Part shown: piece by piece, positions 59,786 to 64,000 of the stretch
Numbering within the stretch: position 1 is the stretch's first letter
Layout: the number at the start of each line of letters is the position of its first letter
Source of the DNA: Halorutilales archaeon Cl-col2-1
GTDB lineage: Archaea > Halobacteriota > Halobacteria > Halobacteriales > Afararchaeaceae
NCBI GenBank assembly: GCA_041891055.1
Contig: CP169074.1
Location: 1,568,001 to 1,632,000, forward strand
Direction: 5' to 3'
Length of the DNA stretch: 64,000 nucleotides
Program-made: the position numbers and the translations under genes
Notes under the pieces: model-generated
Seen by the model: only the letters and a program-made list of their open reading frames with translations
What the model was told of the DNA's origin: nothing
Database searches by the model: none

Positions 59786-60505
59786 TTGAGGCGAAACACC
59801 GACGACACGGATCGAGAGGCTCAGATGCATACCCTCGAAGGCTTCGCCGCAGCATTCCTCATAGTTCTGTCTGTCCTTTATGCTATCAACTCCGTCGCAG
59901 TCACACCCACGTCGACAGCGACCGCGTCGGGGGGTGACGCGTCCCTCGACGCCCTTGTTGGCGACAGCCTGAGACACGGTAAGGTGAGCGGTGATCTTAG
60001 ACGCGCCGTTCTCGGATTCGACACTAGCGCGACGCCGCCGAGGTTCAACGGGAGCACCCCTACTGTCTATGGGTATACAGGGACGTCGAACCTGTCGCAC
60101 ATCCACGGTGACTTCAACACGACTCTTGAACGTATAGGCGACAGGGGCGTCGTCTATAACGTAGACCTACGTTTCGAGTCGAACGACACAGCCCGAATAG
60201 ACGAACGCAGGGGATGTGAGTATCTCGGAAACCATACTCAGACGTTACCCGGCGAAAAGCAGGGTATGGCGAGATGTAGCCTCATAGACAACGGCAATCC
60301 GGGTAAGGGCGCTGTGACGTCGTACGATACCCTCGTACTCTACGAGGACGACCTCGTCAACGGCACCGTGCCTCTCGCCAACGCGACGCGCGAGGGATAT
60401 CCGATACCCAACGTCGACGTCTCGGAGTCTGACGCGAGGTTCGACCGTGGAAACGTCTCTGACATATACAACATAGTGGAGGTGCGTCTCACAGCATGGA
60501 GATAG
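59786..60505 (+). CDS. Pilin-like protein (DUF7288-like)
   Basis: EA/QMHTLEG followed by a hydrophobic helix; YNIVEVRLTAW. Confidence 0.75.
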   Translation: MRRNTDDTDREAQMHTLEGFAAAFLIVLSVLYAINSVAVTPTSTATASGGDASLDALVGDSLRHGKVSGDLRRAVLGFDTSATPPRFNGSTPTVYGYTGTSNLSHIHGDFNTTLERIGDRGVVYNVDLRFESNDTARIDERRGCEYLGNHTQTLPGEKQGMARCSLIDNGNPGKGAVTSYDTLVLYEDDLVNGTVPLANATREGYPIPNVDVSESDARFDRGNVSDIYNIVEVRLTAWR

Positions 60506-62772
60506 ACCGACGCGAGAAAGCACAGGTCATCATAGTCGCGGGCTTCCTCGTCGCTCTCGGAATAATTGGCGTGACGGTGATGCTCAACTCGGCTGCGTAC
60601 ACACAGAACTCGATCGCCGACTCACGCTCTTCCCCGTCGCCCTCGCTGTCACAGAGCACAGTCGAGTACGAGGAGACTGTCGAGTCGGGAGCGCGTGACA
60701 TCATGGGCGCGATTAACCAGAGAAGCATCCACGAGAACTGGACTAATGCTGAGGTCAGGGACGAGTACAACAGGTCGATGAGAAACTACACGAGGAAGGT
60801 TCAGAGAATCTACGCTCCGAGACGTACCGCTGTTGACGTAGAGTACTCGGTGAGCCAGGCGTCGACTCCGGCTCTGAGACTGGGGCAGAAGAAACCCGAG
60901 AACTTCTCGGAACCTATCAGACGTGATCCCCTCAATGCTTCTCTCGTGATTGATACATCGGGATCGATGGAGGATAATGATCCTAATGACACAAGAGTAG
61001 ATGCTTCGAAAGATTTCGTGGGTGCTCTGAACTCGTCTAGGGATAATATCTCTGTCTTGGACTTCGATCAGGATACATACGAAGTGCCTTCGAGTTATAG
61101 ACAGAATAGTAGTAATCATCTCGGTGTGAGTAATGCTACTTATTTCAAGTCTTTACCAGACGATGAAAATATAAATGAAACTATTGATAAGATGTCCGAG
61201 GATGACGGAAGTACATATATAGGCGGAGGTATACGGGGCTCACTTCGGGAATTTGATGCCAACAGTAGCTCCTCCGCTGAAAATGTCACTATCATACTGA
61301 CAGACGGTCAAAATGAGTACGGATGGGTGAATTACGAAGCCAAGAGTATCTCGGATGATATTGATGGGGCTTATGATAAATGCAGAAATGACTGGGCGTT
61401 TATCGATGAGGAACCTCCTAGCTCAGAGGAAATAGATGAATGTGATAATTCTCTGTTTAGGGATGTTAACCTTAATAATAGAACTAAATATTGGGCTAGA
61501 GAGGCAAACAGAACAGATACTACTGTGCATACTGTTGGTCTGGGTGACTCGGTTAATGGGACTTTATTAAAATACATAGCGACGGAGACGGGCGGTAATT
61601 ATAATCACGCCGATAACGCCGATGAACTCACTGATATTTTTAGAGATATAGCCGAGGAAATAACCAGTCCCGACAAACTCATCGCCGACAATATAACACA
61701 GATCCACAGTATGCGATACAACGTCACTGAGTTCAACGATGATACCGGAAACTTCAGCCTTCTAGTCCAGAACCAGTCGACACCTCATAACAGAACTATC
61801 TGGCGTATGGATGTTGAGAACCCCGGCTACTATGGGGACGACAAGAACCCTGAAATTAGGATCAGTCACCAGAATGAATCTACCAATACTAAAGAGGTTC
61901 TGGAGAACCACACCTACAACGGCACGCCCGTAGAGATTGGTGTCACCAACAACTCGATAAACTCGACGCCAAGAAACCTCCACTCCGACCTACTATACGC
62001 TTCTGATCCCGAGAACACGACCTATCGGATTCTGATAAAGGGCGGCAACAATGCCAAGGGAACCTACGACATACAGGTTGACTCCCACTCGACTTCGAAG
62101 GTCTGTGGATCGAAGACTTTCTGTTCGAACGCGTCGGTCTACACGGTCGGCGCGTTACAGAACGTCCGTCTCAACCTATCGTACTCCGACTCGTCGCTTC
62201 GCCACACAAACACGATCTCGGCGGGTGCTCCGGCTATGACGATGATCAGTTATCCGAGCGTCTTCAACCCCGACGAGGACATACCGCCTAACCTCATCAA
62301 CGGCACGAACGTCTCCGACCCCGACAAGATCAACATCACTCACATGAGTGCGAACGACGACAGGTACGCCAACCTAACAGAGAACAGGTCGGACGACTTC
62401 GACCACGGACATGATCTCCGCGTGGGTTCCCAGACATCGGGTATACAGAAGGCATGGGACAGGCACGAGGTCGAACTGAGGTACAACCTCACAGGCTCTG
62501 AGCCGATGGAGATTGTTCCCGTCTACGAGTCGAACGCGAGTGAGATCGACCCTACTACTGACCACACAGTTCCGCCTACGTCGGGTGAGATAAAAACCGA
62601 GAGCTACACTCTCTCCGACGTGGAGTCAGAGGCGATAAACTCGACAGACAATGGCGACCTATTCATAGTCTTCCGGGACACCGATCCGAGTATACATGAC
62701 GACACTAACAACACCCTGAAGGTTTACTATCAGCGCGTGAAGTCGATAAAGACCTACGGAGGCGGGTCGTGA
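60496..62772 (+). CDS. Pilin-like secreted protein (DUF7261-like N-terminus) with internal vWA domain
   Basis: KA/QVIIVAG followed by TM; DTSGS MIDAS, GST, ILTDG, TVGLG, LKYIA..TGG.Y; many N-x-S/T sequons. Confidence 0.85.
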   Translation: MEIDRREKAQVIIVAGFLVALGIIGVTVMLNSAAYTQNSIADSRSSPSPSLSQSTVEYEETVESGARDIMGAINQRSIHENWTNAEVRDEYNRSMRNYTRKVQRIYAPRRTAVDVEYSVSQASTPALRLGQKKPENFSEPIRRDPLNASLVIDTSGSMEDNDPNDTRVDASKDFVGALNSSRDNISVLDFDQDTYEVPSSYRQNSSNHLGVSNATYFKSLPDDENINETIDKMSEDDGSTYIGGGIRGSLREFDANSSSSAENVTIILTDGQNEYGWVNYEAKSISDDIDGAYDKCRNDWAFIDEEPPSSEEIDECDNSLFRDVNLNNRTKYWAREANRTDTTVHTVGLGDSVNGTLLKYIATETGGNYNHADNADELTDIFRDIAEEITSPDKLIADNITQIHSMRYNVTEFNDDTGNFSLLVQNQSTPHNRTIWRMDVENPGYYGDDKNPEIRISHQNESTNTKEVLENHTYNGTPVEIGVTNNSINSTPRNLHSDLLYASDPENTTYRILIKGGNNAKGTYDIQVDSHSTSKVCGSKTFCSNASVYTVGALQNVRLNLSYSDSSLRHTNTISAGAPAMTMISYPSVFNPDEDIPPNLINGTNVSDPDKINITHMSANDDRYANLTENRSDDFDHGHDLRVGSQTSGIQKAWDRHEVELRYNLTGSEPMEIVPVYESNASEIDPTTDHTVPPTSGEIKTESYTLSDVESEAINSTDNGDLFIVFRDTDPSIHDDTNNTLKVYYQRVKSIKTYGGGS

Positions 62773-63245
62773 TGAGACGCGAGTCGACAGTTTCGGTCTC
62801 AGAAGACGACGAGGCACTCTCGACCGTCACGGGATACGTTCTCCATCTCGGCGTGGCGATCACCGTAATCGGAATAATGCTTATGAACATGCACGGCACG
62901 ATGGGGTATATCCGTGAGTCTACGACTGAAAAAAACCTGCGTATGGCAGGCGAGAGTATAGCCGAGAGGATCGTCGAGGCTGACACGCTGTCTAACAGAG
63001 GGTCTAATCCAGAGGGGAGTCTCGAACTCCGTCTCCCAAACGTGGGCGAGACTTATACTGTCGAGATCGAGCCTGATCCGGGTGTCGACGGCACCGGAGA
63101 GATAAAACTCGATTCGGGTGTTCGGGCTGCGACTGTCACCGTTGAGTACAACACAGTCACACAGACTGACTCGGCGGAGTTCGGAAGCGGCTCCGAAGTA
63201 ACCCTGCATTACACAGAAGAAGAGATAGAACTGAGGGAGGGGTAA
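62772..63245 (+). CDS. Pilin-like protein (DUF7266-like)
   Basis: EA/LSTVTGYVL followed by a hydrophobic helix; LP..VG.TY. Confidence 0.75.
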   Translation: MRRESTVSVSEDDEALSTVTGYVLHLGVAITVIGIMLMNMHGTMGYIRESTTEKNLRMAGESIAERIVEADTLSNRGSNPEGSLELRLPNVGETYTVEIEPDPGVDGTGEIKLDSGVRAATVTVEYNTVTQTDSAEFGSGSEVTLHYTEEEIELREG

Positions 63246-63246
63246 G

Positions 63247-64000
63247 ATGCGCGCTATGACGACCCGAAGCCGTAACGGTAACGACGAACGCGGAGTCTCG
63301 GAGGTCGTTGGCTTCGTGATAGTCTTAGGAATAGTCACGACCTCGATAGGTCTCGTCTATCTTAATGGCGTCCCCGCTCTCGGTGACCAGAGGGACGCCG
63401 CGGAGTCGGAGAACAGCCTGCGTTCTTTCGCGCTCGTTAAGGACAGTCTCGACTCCGTATCTCGGACAGACGGTGTCTCTAGCCGTGACACACAGGTCAG
63501 ACTAAACGGCGGTGCTCTTTCTGTCAACAGCGGAGCCGGGTCACAGACGTGGGTCAACGTCTCCATAATCAACGGCTCCGACCACAACATCTGTGACCCC
63601 GAAGTCTGTAACACGACCGTCGGATACGTCGCCTATTCGACTGACTCGGGGACGGTCGTATACGAGAACGGCGCTCTCATACGTGAGGCTTCGGCATCAG
63701 ACGCCAGCGTGATGATTGAGGAGCCCGACTGGAGGATCTCGACCGACCGTACCGTCGTCCCCGCTATCGATGTCAACGGCTCGGGGTCTGTCGGCGGAGA
63801 AGGGGTCTTCGCCGTCACATCGGAGAACGCGGGGATGGACTGGACTCTCGGTGACAGTGTCCGCGGCGGCGACTCCGACCACAATATTTCTAGTGTCAAG
63901 GTGACCGTCAGAACACCCAACAATGATCGCCTCGACGCGTGGAAGACGTACCTCGAAGGCTTCGAGAGTCTCGAAGACGTGGACTACGGAACAGCGTCGG
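63247..64000 (+). CDS. Pilin-like protein (DUF7289-like), truncated by window end
   Basis: Manual translation MRAMTTRSRNGNDERG/VSEVVGFVIVLGIV, a class III signal peptide; YENGA motif; not in the ORF track because no stop is in the window. Confidence 0.8.
   Translation, partial: MRAMTTRSRNGNDERGVSEVVGFVIVLGIVTTSIGLVYLNGVPALGDQRDAAESENSLRSFALVKDSLDSVSRTDGVSSRDTQVRLNGGALSVNSGAGSQTWVNVSIINGSDHNICDPEVCNTTVGYVAYSTDSGTVVYENGALIREASASDASVMIEEPDWRISTDRTVVPAIDVNGSGSVGGEGVFAVTSENAGMDWTLGDSVRGGDSDHNISSVKVTVRTPNNDRLDAWKTYLEGFESLEDVDYGTAS

Overview
Core chromosomal region of an extremely halophilic archaeon (high GC, very acidic proteins). Several ancestral-looking traits, namely an archaeal-type ThrRS and fni inside the mvk-ipk-fni-rnj-idsA-gltX cluster, suggest a deep-branching member of the Halobacteria; this placement is inference. 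The window holds rpl1/rplP0, the S10-spc ribosomal superoperon (rpl3 to secY), pccX-pccA, the rps13-rpoD-rpl18e-rps9-rpoN/K-eno-rps2-isoprenoid-gltX superoperon, an RNase P/proteasome/SBDS cluster, four tRNAs (Ile-CAT, Trp-CCA with a C/D-box intron, Leu-CAG, Ser-GCT), one IS1341-type tnpB element and the start of a pilin-like cluster with a low-GC vWA insert. The most notable signal is a family of 44-50 nt double-hairpin micro-elements bracketed by GACG/GGCG. There are four copies, each adding a multiple of 3 nt (48, 51, 54, 54) with no stop codon in the GAC frame. Two sit in frame inside protein genes and two are stacked in tandem in the IS left-end hairpin. No CRISPR array or rRNA was seen.
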